Source: Girardia tigrina (Eukaryota). From it: DNA of 64,000 bases. Under the pieces are notes generated by a model that did not search any database, was not told where the DNA came from, and was given only the letters and a program-made list of their open reading frames with translations. A program made the translations under genes and the position numbers. Position 1 is the first letter of the stretch, and every line of letters begins with the position of its first letter. Of this stretch, positions 11,603-24,800 are shown in pieces. The stretch lies in the NCBI GenBank assembly GCA_001938485.1, contig MQRK01175485.1, positions 1 to 64,000 of the forward strand. Direction: 5' to 3'.

Positions 11603-12867
11603 TTGGGTTGTTCGGAAAGTCATTTCGTTTTTTTTTAATACTTGTTTTAAATGTATTTTTTATATTAATAATCATTGACTATGTTATTTATTTTAGCAGT
11701 TGGTAATCAAGGTTAGATTTGGAAAATTTTAGAATAATTAAAAACATTTATATTTGATTTTTGACCTATCAAAGATGGAAAGCAAGATTCAGCATTTACG
11801 GCATGTAATACTTTTTTACTTCCGAAAAGGTAAAAATGCTGCACAAGCAAGAAGAAAATTATGCGAAGTGTATGGAGAAGATGTGTTAACAGAACGCCAC
11901 TGCCAAAACTGGTTTAAAAAATTTAGGTCCGGAAATTTTGATATTGAAGATTCTTCACGTTCCGGAAGGCCCATGGAGGTCGACGAAGACGTAATAAAGG
12001 TATTAATTGATTTAATCCGGCGAATAACAACTCGGGAAATTGCCCAGACATTACATTTATCTAATTCGACCGTCCATGATCAATTGAAGCGCCTCGGTTT
12101 TACATCAAAACTCGACACATGGATTCCTCATAATCTTACCGAATGAAATTTATGCTCTCGTTTAGACATCTGCGATATGCTTCTCAAACGTCAAGAAAAT
12201 GATCCATTTTTGAAGCGCATCGTCACTGGAGATGAGAAATGGGTAGTCTACAATAATGTAAAACGCAAGAGATCTTGNNNNNNNNNNNNNNNNNNNNNNN
12301 NNNNNNNNNNNNNNNNNNNNNNNNNNNNAAAAAAGTGATGCTATCTGTTTGGTGGGATTTCAAAGGAATCGTATTTTATGAGCTTCTTCCGGACAAAACT
12401 ACGATCAATTCGGACGTCTACTGTCATCAGCTGGACAAATTAAATGAATCCCTTAAACACAAAAGACCAAAATTGATCAATAGAAAAGGTGTAGTGTTTC
12501 ACCAAGATAATGTCAGATAAGTTTGGTAACTTACCAAAAGCTTTTAAAGCTTGGATGGAACATCATACCTCACCCACCATATTCTCCAGACTTCTACCTT
12601 CTGATTATCATTTGTTCCGGTCTCTACAAAATTATTTAGATGGTAACACTTTTGCATCAAATGAAGATGTTAAAAATCACCTGGAAAAGTTTTTTTGCAG
12701 CAAAGAACAAATATTTTATGAACGTGGAATAATGTCACTGCCAGGAAGATGGAAGAAGGTATTGGACCACTATAGTAAATATGTATTTCAATAAAATAAT
12801 TATTCGTCATAAAAATTTGTCTTTTACTTTAATACAAAAAAACGAAATGACTTTCCAAACAACCCAA
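11603..12867 (+). mobile_element. Mariner transposon, full length, pseudogenised
   Basis: TIRs TTGGGTTGTTCGGAAAGTCATTTCGTTTT and inverse, TA flanks. Transposase from ATG 11775 to about 12794 with SRSGRP, WIPHNL, TGDEKW, HQDN, PSDYHLFRSL. Stop at 12144 and later frameshifts. Confidence 0.95.
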
Positions 12868-12869
12868 TA

Positions 12870-13206
12870 GTTTTGGAAATTTAAAAGAAAATTAACATTT
12901 AAAAAATTTTAATTGAAAAAAAACAATAAAAAAATAATATAAACTACTTATAATTATATTCATAAGTAGATCTTTTTCAATTAATATTGTTCTGGAAATC
13001 CGAATTTTACGTTTTTCCCATTTTGGAACCTTAAACAGTTTTTTTTGGCTTAAATTTTCACATAATCATTTATTGACACCGAGAATGAGTAAGTGTGCAA
13101 ATATTGGAGAAAATTGATTGAATAAAAGACCTTCAAAAACAGGTTTCTAAATTCCATGGATACAAATATATATAGAAAGTAAGCTAATATAAAAAATGGA
13201 AAAAAT
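12870..13206 (+). repeat. Dispersed non-autonomous element (Helentron/HINE-like family B), 5'-truncated copy
   Basis: Near identical to 24720-25047 and to 54645-54790 (-): ATAATCATTT..CACCGAGAATGAGTAAGTGT..AAACAGGTTTCTAAATTCCATGGATAC..GCTAATA. Confidence 0.65.
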
Positions 13207-14039
13207 GTACAGTTTACTCATAAAATAATAACAGTTTAGAAAAATAAATGTTATTTTTTCAATTTATTTTTGTTTTTGACCCCTAAAATCGATTTTTTGT
13301 TGTCTAAAGGTACACAAAATATAATGATAGCAAGTTTTAAAAAAGTATTTTTATTTATTCACAGAAATTACATTAATTTTTTTGAAACTTGAATTTCCTA
13401 TAAAATTTTCAAAGACATTCTATAAATTATATAATTTAATTAAATATATTTCTATATCTTTCAAATAATCTTCTCTGAAAGTTATTAATCAGACTAAAGT
13501 TTCGACGAGCTCACCGCGGCGTTATTATCACAAGCAAAGAGAGAAGTGATAGTGTAAACAGTTACGAAGAAAATTTTATCCCGAGATTTCGAGGAGTCTC
13601 TTTTTATTATCATTACTACTCTAGTGTCAAAATAGATTTAAATGATAAAATAAGTATAAATATTATATATTACAGGTTTTGCCTAAATTTTGGTAATCAT
13701 TTAATATAAACTAAATAGAAATTTTTTCTATGGGAAATGTTAATATAGGAAATAAAATTGTATAATACTTTTTCAGTTAAGTCATTCAAGAAGAATAATA
13801 TTATTATTGTTACAGTCGAGATCTAAAGGGGTTCGGAAATAACTCAATAACTTCTTTTTATAAGTTAGACTCATCTAAAATCTTTTTTTCAAAATTATCG
13901 TTGATTTTATTTTCTGCTTGGATCACTCAACGTTTTTATTTTGATTTTCAATATAAATAAAGAAAAGCAAAAGAAAAATTTAAATCTGCAGCCAACCTAT
14001 TTTTTGAACCACCATTTCCGTAAATCTCAAATTGTATTC

Positions 14040-14900
14040 GTGTTTCATGAAAATATCATGTTCCTCTTCTTGGGTTGAGAGTCTCTTTATTTTGCATAAT
14101 AACTTCCTTGCTTCATACCAAGATGAATCCATCGGACGATTATATTGTTGTTTAGATTCTGTTATTCCACTTAATCTGCTCTCATTACTTTTATTAGATC
14201 TTTCATAGGGTATTCTATATTCTGTTCTTAATATGGGTTGTCTGTCCTATGTTTCAGCCAATCGATATACATATCTTCTATATTCTAGTTTCTCATATAT
14301 TTTACCTTGATGTTTGTCTTTCTTTGTCATCTCTGCATATGATATTTTCACGGTTAATAAATCATTCCTTTCTTTTTTTAATATATTATTTACATACATC
14401 TTAGCTTCCACTCTCATTTCCTCCTCAGAGATGTTTAGTTTGAAAACAAATTGATCCTTTAGATTTTGAGATTTTATCAACTTTTTTAATAGTTCATTTA
14501 AAATTTCTTCATCACTGTGTTTCCTGAAACTTTCTATTGTATTCCTAACCCGTAATTAAAATGTTAAAAGTCTTTCATTCTCACCTTGAAGAATTCGGCT
14601 GAGTTAGTCAAATTTTTCTAACAGCGGTACTTTCTCTTCTGGTACCATTCTTTGGATTCCATAACTGATATGAGTTTCTTACCATCTTCTGTTGCATTTC
14701 CCTAAAGCTTCAAAGTATAAATAAATGTTACACCAAAGAATACTGAGCAATGGCATTTGTCTCTGTGCTATGTTTTTCCTTCTTCAGGATCAACACCATT
14801 GTATTCCTTCATTTTATTCTCGAGGGTTTCCTTAACGATTGATGGAATTTCTAGTTTTGGAAGCCTCAGAATTTGATCGGAATATTACCGTTCTCAACAG
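14040..14900 (-). mobile_element. Decayed LTR-retrotransposon gag-like remnant
   Basis: Minus-strand fragments MKEYNGVDPEEG.. and SRILQGENERLLTF*LRVRNTIE..EILNELLKKLIKSQNLK resemble a retrotransposon gag (QGxNE motif). Many stops. Confidence 0.45.
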
Positions 14901-14959
14901 TTAAATCTCTAGATTTCATATCAGAAAAGGGCCTTCAGTCTCTTTCAAATGGTATTGAG

Positions 14960-17900
14960 CCTAGGGCTCTTAAGAGGATCCACCCAAACTAAAGTCTTAA
15001 GGGCTCCCCGATAAGCCCCCTATGGGTCAGTGACTATCCGCCTCTAAGCAGTCGGTTTTCCAGTGATGAAAGACCAGCCATTGAACTTGGAACCATTACC
15101 ATACATGACTTTGCCTGTCCAGGTGGATGCATAACATCCGCGAAATGGGCACTAAAAATTCCATTTTACCTTCATGTCAAGCGGTAGTCTCTATGAGTTT
15201 CTTCAGCGATCTCTACATTCTGGTTCCTCGACATACATACAGTTGCGTCCTGCCACTGAGAATTGAATTGGTTGGTTTGAAGTTTGCCTTCTGACGGTGT
15301 TTCCAAGTTGTCTGTTCTCTGATGTTCTGGCTCTTCTGGTTGTTCTTTGTGATTCTTTTGGATGTGTATCCTTTGCTATCCTGCACAAGTGTATTCCTTT
15401 TGGCAGTGAGGGCATACATATATTCCTTTCTTCTCTCTCTTCGGCTTTTTTCGGTGGTTGTTCTGAAGTTGTTGTTGCCTTGATGCTCTGTTTGATGCGT
15501 TGTTTTACAATATGCTCTGTGTGTAAAGAGCAAGTGTCTGTTGAGCTCCTTGATCTTAGCAAACACTTTGAAGTATGATTCCATCAGGCAGTCGTGCGGT
15601 CTGAGTCTGGATAGGATGAGTCTCATTTCTCTTGTGTCTACCTCTCGGACAATTTTCATTGTATTCATGATTTTCTTAATTTTGCATACACAGTTAATAA
15701 GTCTGCATTTTGGACTGCTCTGCAAAAATCATCAAATTTGAACTGGTCTCCAATCAAACAGTTCAAGTCAATTTTTAAGACATTCTTTCAGGTGTTGGTT
15801 TTTTTCTTCCACTCACTTTCTGTCCTCCAAATATTGATTTTTTTCACGTTGTCCAAACACTCATCCAGTTCCAGTTTAGTATGGAATGAAAGTCGCCTTT
15901 GTAAGAATTCATCTTCATTGTATATAGTAAGCCAATATCTAACAGTTCCATCTTGATCTTCTCTGTCTAATGTACTCCTAGTGCTTTTCTGGTACATAGG
16001 TTGTGGAATGCATTCAGCTCTTTAACATGATCTACATTTGTTCTTCAGTTTTCACTCCTGCAGTAGATCTCTGGGAGTTCTGGAGAAACAACTTGTAGTT
16101 CTTTAATATTGGCTTTAGTGTTTTAAATTTGTTGTACCTTTCTGAACTCTTTATCTGCTGTCCTTCTCTGGGTTTCCTCTACAATCGATTATAGAGCCCA
16201 AGTTACTGAACTCATCCACCCATTCAATTCCACATGAGTTCGCTATCTGCTGTCGCACATATGTGGCCATTGAGATTAATGATCTTTGTTTGATCAATGT
16301 TGATCTTCAGCCCTATACTCAAGAACACTGAGTTGAGTATTTTGAAATTTCTTTATATGTCCTGTAATCCTCGTTCAGTAAGCACAGGTCATCTCCATAC
16401 GCTAATCTGTTTAATGTTATTTCGTTTCATTTATTGCAACTGATTCTGACTCCACCGGATATTCCTTCTCGTACTGCAGTTTTCACTGCCTAATCGAAGA
16501 CCAAGTTGAATAGTAAAGGTCCAAGGGCACAGCCTTGTCTGACCCCTTTCTCCATACTGAGAACCCTTTCCCAATACTACCAGCAAAACCTTCGTGAAAA
16601 TTCATTATAAGATCCAGTATGCGACCCTGTATTCCAAATCCTCTAAGGTAGCGATTCCAAACCTTTTTTTGATCATGGATCGGTAAAATTATATTAATTT
16701 CTTTGCGGATTGGTCAGCATACATTAAATATATTACTTGATGCATATTATATAGATATTACATATACATAAATTTCATTTAAACATTACAGTGAGACACA
16801 AAATACAACACAATAAAATTAGATCGATTCAATGTGAAATCTCCTGTTGCTTTTTATTTAAAATCTTCTCAAGGCGCTGCTGTAACGATGTTTTAGATAG
16901 ACACAGAGCAGCATTTACTTGAATTCGATTTCGATATTTGGTTTTAATAGCCGTCATGGAAGAAAACGTTTTTTTCACAAAGGTATGTTGTTGCAAAAGT
17001 AATCAAAAGCTTCATAGCCTTTTCATTGAGAATCGGATACTCTTTCCTCACAGAAATCCAGAACTGTGTTAAAGACATTGATTTAAAATTTGTTTCTATA
17101 GTGCAGTCAGCCGACAATTCAATGCGATTTTTCTTCTCTTTTGGTTTAAGTTTCATGGAGTTCATGTCTGCTTTAAATGGATCACAAATCCAAACGTTCC
17201 CAGTGCGAGGATCTTCATCTTCAGGGTAATAGTGATCAACGTAGTTAACCAATGCCTGCAGATGCTGACTTACTATACTACAAATAACTGTTCTGTTCAA
17301 GTCAATAGACATCAAATAGTAATCCAGAAGGGTAAAGATCGGCAATTCTTTTTTTGTTAAGAACTGCTTTCACAATAACAGTTTATTTTTTAATGCTTCC
17401 ACCCTATTCTAAAGTGTGAAAATATTCGTCATCCTTCCTAGGAGAGACAAGTTTAAATTATTGAGAATTTAGAATATATCAGCCAAGTAAACAGCCTTCG
17501 CAATCCATTCCTTAATTTCTTATCCCTTTATTTTCTCCTTATCATAATGTCGAACAAAACTTTGTCTTAGCTTCATTCTTGTATGAATTTCACAACTATT
17601 ATTGTCTGATTGCTTTGTCACCCGAACATCAGAATCCAATGAACTCCGCACACATTCAACACAAGTATCAGTACTACGTAATTCCTCTTGGCGAAGCTCA
17701 CGCTTCAAAAAGCTGTCAATCTTTTGCTGTTTTATTATGTAACACTTTTAACCCATAGATTTGAAAATATAAAAATAAACAATTTAAATTCTAAATTAAT
17801 TACACTGATTCAAACAATTATCAATAAAACTTAAATTTTATAATTATAGGGTTTTCACTTTCAATTGAGAATTTTTTATTTTAAAATGAGATATTTTCAT

Positions 17901-18340
17901 TTTAAATTGAGAATTTTTGAATTTGAATTGATTTTTTATTTTGAAACTATTCTTTTTTTACTTGAGATTTATTATTTTGAAATGATTTTTCTATTTTGAA
18001 CTGAATTTTTGTCTTCAGTTATAATTTTTTATAATTTTGCCAACTTCATATTTTGATTTAAAGTTCAAAATGTCAAAAATTTTTACACGGACCGGTAGAA
18101 TTCTACTGCGGACCGGAGGTTGGAGACCACTACTCTAAGGCAATCCCAATTCTTGGGAAGTTATCGAATGCCTTTTTGAGGTCGATAAATATTGTGCATA
18201 TTTCTTTGTTTCGGTATCTTGTCTCTTCTTGAACCTGACGAAAAATTCAAACCGGGTGTGCTGTGACTCTTTTTGGTCTAAATTCAAATTGCCATAGACC
18301 GAGTATTGATTCAAGATGTGGTATCAATCTGTTTACAAAA
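14960..18340 (-). mobile_element. RTE/L2-type non-LTR retrotransposon ORF2 remnant, interrupted by a hAT
   Basis: RT motifs: QFEFRP..IFIDLKKAFD (18340-18150), then after the hAT KGVRQGCALGPLLFNLVFD, LAYGDDLCL and GLKINIDQTK. C-terminal C2H2-like motifs at 15100-15600. Confidence 0.85.
16649..18132 (-). mobile_element. hAT (Buster/Charlie, ZBED5-like) internally deleted transposon
   Basis: 8-bp TSD CTCTAAGG (16641-16648 and 18133-18140, central TA). Imperfect TIRs TAGCGATTCCAAACCT / TAGTGGTCTCCAACCT. N-terminus (KIDSFLKRE..RHYDKE) is joined to the dimerisation domain FWISVRKEYPILNEKAMKLLITFATTYLCEK. Confidence 0.92.
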
Positions 18341-18869
18341 TTCTATATTTCTTTATTTCATATAAACAAAAAAACAATTTTCCAATATTTAAAATCGTCT
18401 ATTTTAATATAATTAATTAATGATTAGCACATTCAATTGGCCGTTTGGTTTTATAAAGATTTCAAGCATATTTTCAAACAAAAATACTATAATAACAATT
18501 TCAGCTGTTGAGTTTTTCGTTTTCAATTAAAATGGATATTACTTTTATTTCCTTTCACAAATATTATTTGAAGAAGCATACAAAAACCAGACAAAAAACC
18601 CAATTTTAAATAATTGACAAATACATAAAAAACATACTGATAAATTTACACATGTTTACAAGTTTTTTTAATATTAACATATGAAAATTTACATGAATAC
18701 ACACATTTACATATACACATTTCACCCCTCAACAAAATCCAACACCAAACCAATTCATCCTCGTCATTCGCAAATTGCGAGGCACCAAATATAAAATTTT
18801 ACTACCATTCTAATTAATTACAATTGATTAAATGAATTAATTAATTAAATTAAATTAAACTTAATTGAT

Positions 18870-19444
18870 TACAATTCTAAGTAATGTTCTGTTCGTAATA
18901 TATTACCATATCTATTATTTACCAAACCTCTATAATTTACCATTATTTAAAACAATCTTTTCTGATATAGTAACTTTATATATTAAATTTAACTACTAAA
19001 ATTTAATTTCTTAAACTTTGTTTTTATTTTTGATCAAATTGTTTAAATATTATTTATCTAAATTTTAACTCTCCTAAACGGTTAAAAACAGACGAAAAAT
19101 TAGAAATTATTATGTATGCAAAAGATAACAAAACTGCATCCCATACCAGAATAGCAGAAATATTTTCTCAGATATTTGGAAAAAAATGCAAGAAGAAATA
19201 TATTAAATTATTTAAAATCTGAAAAAGATATAAGAAATACAGTTTCAAACAACAAAAATGCCTTAAATATCGCAAGGCAATTAAACTACCGAGAGATTGG
19301 CAAAATTGGTAGTTTCTTAGATTGAAATAATTGAAGAAAAAGGAGGATTTTATAATAACCAATAATACCTCTATAATTTACCACACTCTCAAATTTACCT
19401 CTTTTTCGAATCTCGGAATTCAGAAAATGACAGAGAGTTGACTG
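18870..19444 (+). mobile_element. pogo/Tigger-derived non-autonomous remnant
   Basis: Right TIR ..CAGAGAGTTGACTG followed by TA. Repeated ACCTCTATAATTTACC subterminal motif. CENP-B-like HTH fragment KRLKTDEKLEIIMYAKDN..HTRIAEIF. Left end approximate. Confidence 0.55.
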
Positions 19445-19458
19445 TATATTAAATAATA

Positions 19459-20729
19459 TTAGAGTGAACCAAAAGTCTTTTCGTATTTTTTATTAAAAAT
19501 TTAAACATAATTTTACAACAAATAAAAAACATTTAAGTTTCAAAGTAAAAGCCATTTGAATCTATAGCTTGAACCCATCTATGGGCTAGTTGTGCGATCC
19601 CGCTGCGGTACCAATCCTTGTTCTTAGAAGCGAAGAACTGGTGATACCAGTTTTCGACCTCGGCCAGATTATTAAAGAAAGTGTGCCATAGAGCGGAAAA
19701 GGTGATAGTCGGATGGCGCAAGATATGGACTATACGCTGGGTGTGGAAGAAGTTCAAAGGCGTCAAGATTTTTGATTTTTTTTCTTTGTTTGTTTGGCGG
19801 TGTGCGGTTTTGCATTGTCCTGTTGTAGAAGAACTCGCTTTCGATTGATCAAAGCTGGCTATTTCTCGCCAAGTGCCGCATACATTCGATCAAGTTGGTC
19901 ACAGTAAAGGTCAACGTCGATGGTATGACTATTTGGATCCAGCTCGAAGTGAATCACGCCTTTGAAATTCCACCAAACACACAAAAGTGCCTTCCTTGAG
20001 AAACGATCTCGTTTCGCTACCGATTTTGCCATTTGTCCGGGGTCCAACCATTGATTTTTTGGTCTGGATTACTGAAGTAAACCCACTTTTCATCGTAAGT
20101 TACAATTGGACAGATGAAATGGTCATTGCGCGGATTTTCAAGCAATTTTTGACAAGTTTCGAAACGCTTTTCGGCTTGAATTTGTGTCAATTCATAAAGC
20201 ACTTCTCGACATTGTATATTGACCTTGCCAAGAGCGTGAAGGTGTCGTACAATGGATGTTTGAGGAATATTGAGTTCGGCCAACAATCTGCGAGTACTTA
20301 TTGACGGATTTGTCTCGACGGCTTCACGAATTGCTCCTGAATCTACGGTGATAGGTCGACCTGAACGTGCATTGTCTCTGAGGTCAATGTCGCCTTCGTT
20401 GAACCTTTTGAACCAATTTTATGTAGTATGATTTGAGACCACATTATCGCCTTCAACTTCGCATATCTTCTTTGTTGCTGCAGTTGCGTTTAAGCCCTGT
20501 TTCCAGTAATGGCTTAAAAGAACACAAATTTCAAAATTTTCCATGATTTTTCTAAACGACCATAAAAATTATATTAACGACTAATTAGAAGTTTTAATAT
20601 ATATTGTGATAGAGCAATTCAAGAGCTTTAAAAACATATAACACATATATAAAATATCTTTATTTGGTAATAAGAAACAATTGAACAAAAAGACCTAGAA
20701 AATACGAAAAGACTTTTGGTTCACCCTAT
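19459..20729 (-). mobile_element. Mariner transposon, full length, pseudogenised
   Basis: TIRs TTAGAGTGAACCAAAAGTCTTTTCGTATTTT and inverse. Transposase from ATG 20544 to 19533 (MENFEICVLLSHYWKQG, RSGRP, VTYDEKW, QQDNAKPH) with frameshifts. Confidence 0.93.
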
Positions 20730-20871
20730 TTTAAGGTGTTTCATAAAATGTTTTTCTTATGAAAGACAATAATAGTTGTGAAATTCATACAAGAATGAAG
20801 CTAAGGCAAAGTTTTGTTCGACATTATGATAAGGAGAAAATAAAGGGATAAGAAATAAAAAAAAAAGCTCT

Positions 20872-21018
20872 TGATAGAGCAATTCAAGAGCTTTAAAAAC
20901 ATATAACACATATAAAATATCTTTATTTGGTAATAAGAAACAATTGAACAAAAAGACCTAGAAAATACGAAAAGACTTTTGGTTCACCCTATTTTAAGGT
21001 GTTTCATAAAATGTTTTT
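20872..21018 (+). repeat. Near-perfect direct duplicate of 20607-20755 (mariner 5' end, TIR and flank)
   Basis: About 147 bp identical apart from a short AT indel. Confidence 0.9.
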
Positions 21019-21487
21019 TTTTAATTTCAAAAGTTTTATTATATTTCGTATGAACCTTTTTCATGCTGAGAATGAATCTGTTATCAGAATTTCTCCACAT
21101 TGAAAGAAAGTTCAAAACCTTTTACCATTTTGGTTTCAAGTAAGTTACAAAAAAATATTATGCAATACTTGATGATAAACTGAATAATACTAAATAATAA
21201 AAATAATAAAAGCCAACATAAAAAGGATTTATTTAAGATGGATTTTTTAATTTACATGTGTCGTTGACATATCTGATAAGAGAATTTCTCAAATTACAAA
21301 CAGAAGTAAATCTACCAAACTTTTCTTTAGCTAATCGAAAAATTCTCTCAACAGCTTTATTTTTAATTGGGTTGTAGTCCACCTTTCCTTTTAATTCGTG
21401 CTATGTAAGTATTATTATTGACATTAACGATAATTTTTAGCTGGGTACAATCAACAACAGTCCTGACACTGAACTAAACAGGAGCCG

Positions 21488-21545
<58 letters not shown>

Positions 21546-21595
21546 NNNNNNNNNNNNNNNNNNNNNNNNNNNNNNNNNNNNNNNNNNNNNNNNNN

Positions 21596-21645
<50 letters not shown>
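21488..21645. repeat. (TA)n microsatellite spanning a gap
   Basis: Direct inspection. Confidence 0.95.
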
Positions 21646-21648
<3 letters not shown>

Positions 21649-21859
21649 GTGTGTATGTGTGTGAATATATAATATCAAATTGATGAGACACACTAATTCA
21701 ACCGTTTAAGGTTTAAAAATTGTTATTCAAGTAAAATTATTTAATAAAAATTGAACTGAAACTCATGAAAAATAATTGATTAAAATTTATTGAAACAAAA
21801 GAATCATTATGAGATTCTATAGTTAAATCTGGAAATAAACAATATTTTATTTACACGCA

Positions 21860-24800
21860 TCAAGATTTTGGCTGCATGTTTACGATTTCTTTTTTCTGTT
21901 TCAAGCGATCTTTGAAGCGCCTCAGATGCATCACAATGCCTCGAAAGCTCTGATGAAATATAAACAAAAGCCAGCTTAAGAGAGTAAAAATCGCTCCAAC
22001 AACCAAAATGACAAGGATTTCCGCAATTAATATTCTCGTGGTGTACAACAACATTAAATATGTGGGATTATAATCCTTGTCTATTGAAAAGATAGAATGA
22101 AGTATACTACTTAAATTTAAAGGATTCCTCCATTTAATTTCAGGACATGTTACGGAACTGCAAAGGGTCCAATCTATCATCGATCCTACACAAGAGGTAT
22201 CTCCGAGACAATCTCGAAATTTGTATTGCAGTCTTCTTGGTCCACATCGAGGATAACATTGTGACCATGATGTCCACGCTAAAAGTCAATACGGAAATCA
22301 AGGAAACATTAAAGTTTTTATTTAAAATGTACCTGACTAATGATGATAAATATATTTTACACAATTTGTAATACATTATCCCTTACCTGGCGCACTTATT
22401 GGCATAAAAAATGTTTTCAATTCAAAATTGACAAATTAGGATAATTTGAAGCTCAGGGGTCCATCATTTATTTTATCGCAGATACAACTAACAAGTAAGT
22501 TTGTAGAAAGCAGAAACAAAGGTTTTTTAAATTTTAATAATAAAATGTCCAGATCAGTCGTAATTAGTGCGGCTGTAGTCTATCTCTAAATTCTGCGTAC
22601 CGATGAAGAGAACGGAAATTAATTGTCTTGAATATAGCAAACCAATTTCATTTTTTTCATATACAGTAAAATCCGGTTATCTGTGAATCCGGCTATACCG
22701 AACAAAAATTCGTGTGATTTAGCATTTCGGATTAACCGGAATTTAGTGTAATTGATTAATGTAATATATGTATATTAAGATTGCTTTTGGATGTTAATAA
22801 TAATGCGTCATTTTGGCATTTCAATAAAGACTAAAAATCAGCTCTGGATGAACAAAGTCTCACATATAGCAGCTCTACGTGTCCCGGACTTGCTTGAGAC
22901 TCAACTAAAAAGATGAATTCGTAGAGCATATTAATGTTGATTGCTCCTCTCCAGAACTCAATCACTTAACTTTGATAAAGAAAACAATGTTGACACCACG
23001 CTTCTGAACATTCACAATTTGTTACGAATTTATTTATGATGACAACTAATTGTACCGGATAGATATTATTTTAAAAATTACGTTGATAACAAACTATCTG
23101 TAAGAAGCGTTTATATCACTTTCGTTATCACTAGAATCAATGTTCATAATTTAACACCAGAATTTAATAAACATAATATTTAATAAACATTAAAATAAAC
23201 GTAATAGTCTATCATTTATTTAATTATCGATTTCTGTTTCCGTAATAAAAATATATCGTTTCTTTTCTTTTATTTGTATGAGTCAGTTAATTTTCATTTC
23301 GCTGATCGATATTTAAATAATTTAAAAACATAAAAATAATTTTTTATATAAAAATTTTTAAATTGAATTTTTCTAATAGAATTTCTGAAAAGAATTTGTG
23401 AAGATATTTTTAAAAGATAAAAATTTTAAAAATAAGAATTTTTATTTTCTTTAAATAATAGAGATTGGTGTAATGACAGTTAAATTGGACGAAGCAAAAA
23501 TATTTGTTCGAATTTTGTTTATAATAAAATCATTATTGCGCTATGAATGACTTCAACTATTGATTTAACTAACAATCAGAATTTTTAAAACAATAATCTT
23601 TAACCTATAAAATTAAATAAAATTATATAACTTATAATAAATAAAATAATACCTGTCCAAGTACCTAAAGGAAATTGACAATAAAATCCGGTATAACCGT
23701 CTGGACAATTACATTTAATAGTAATTTCAGAAACCTGAACGCATTGCCCCCCGTTCAAGCAAGTCGAGATGGAACACATGCTTAACTTCTTCTTTTTAAA
23801 ACAGTTCATATACGAGAAATTAGGATCATGTTCGAATTCATTTGGACACACACATGTATATTCTATATTAAGATTTAAATAATAATTCAAAAATAAATTT
23901 GACTTTATTTAAAGACATTTTTTCTATTTAGTTTCAAGTCTCAATGGAGGAATCTTCCTCCTCAGTTGAATTTATGCAACTAAACTTCCACAACTATTTT
24001 ATAACTTCCAATCTCTTTCTTCATTTTTATATAAATTTATATTGAAAATGGTCGGTGTATAATATATATTACGACAGGATTCCCACATCTGATAATAATA
24101 TTTTAATAACCCTTTGGTTTCTGAAGTTGAATATTTCTGTAAAATCATCACAGAAAGAATCAATTGCGTATTATTGGAGATTCGTGAACTAAGGAGAATG
24201 CAAAGAAATTATATCCCGGTAGATAAAAGATTAAATTTTTATGATAACCCTGAATTTGTATAAAACAGGACTAATCCAAATTTTCATGTTATCCACCTTT
24301 TCTCACAAAAGTACTCTCACAAACACGAGGTTCTTGATGCAAAGCCGTTGGATGCACGACATTCTTAGTTCCACCAGCATCAGGAGTAAATTCTTTCCAG
24401 TTGCAACTTGGATCTGATATTTAAATAAGTAATTTTTATTCCAGATACTCTTAAACAAATTTTCTTCTAAAGAATGTCAATAATTTGTTCATTTTTATTT
24501 ACAATGTCATCAGTTGTTCAATCAGTACATTGAAATTTATATGACTGCATATTTTAAAGTATGAATATGATATTTAATAAGATAAAAGTTAAATTTAACT
24601 TAGCATCTTGAAAATTTACCTACTTATGTTCTACTCTCTTGTATTTAAAGTTATAACTAGTAAATCAAAAAATTAAATTTGTATATCCATTCTTTATGAA
24701 GACAGAACCCTACTTTGCCAACAAAGTTTTCAAAATTTAAAAAATTTAACTTTTAAAAAATTTTAATTAAAAGAACACAATAAAAATTAATATAAACTAC

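Noticed and set aside
21468-21481. CACTGAACTAAACA shared with the hAT end at 62209-62222, suggesting a 40-kb composite element
   Set aside because: Same orientation, no matching TIR at the first site, and only 14 bp; treated as coincidence.
24420-24480. Short peptide EENLFKSIWNKNY resembling a G6PD motif
   Set aside because: Too short, surrounded by stops, part of a dispersed repeat and not conserved in the second copy.
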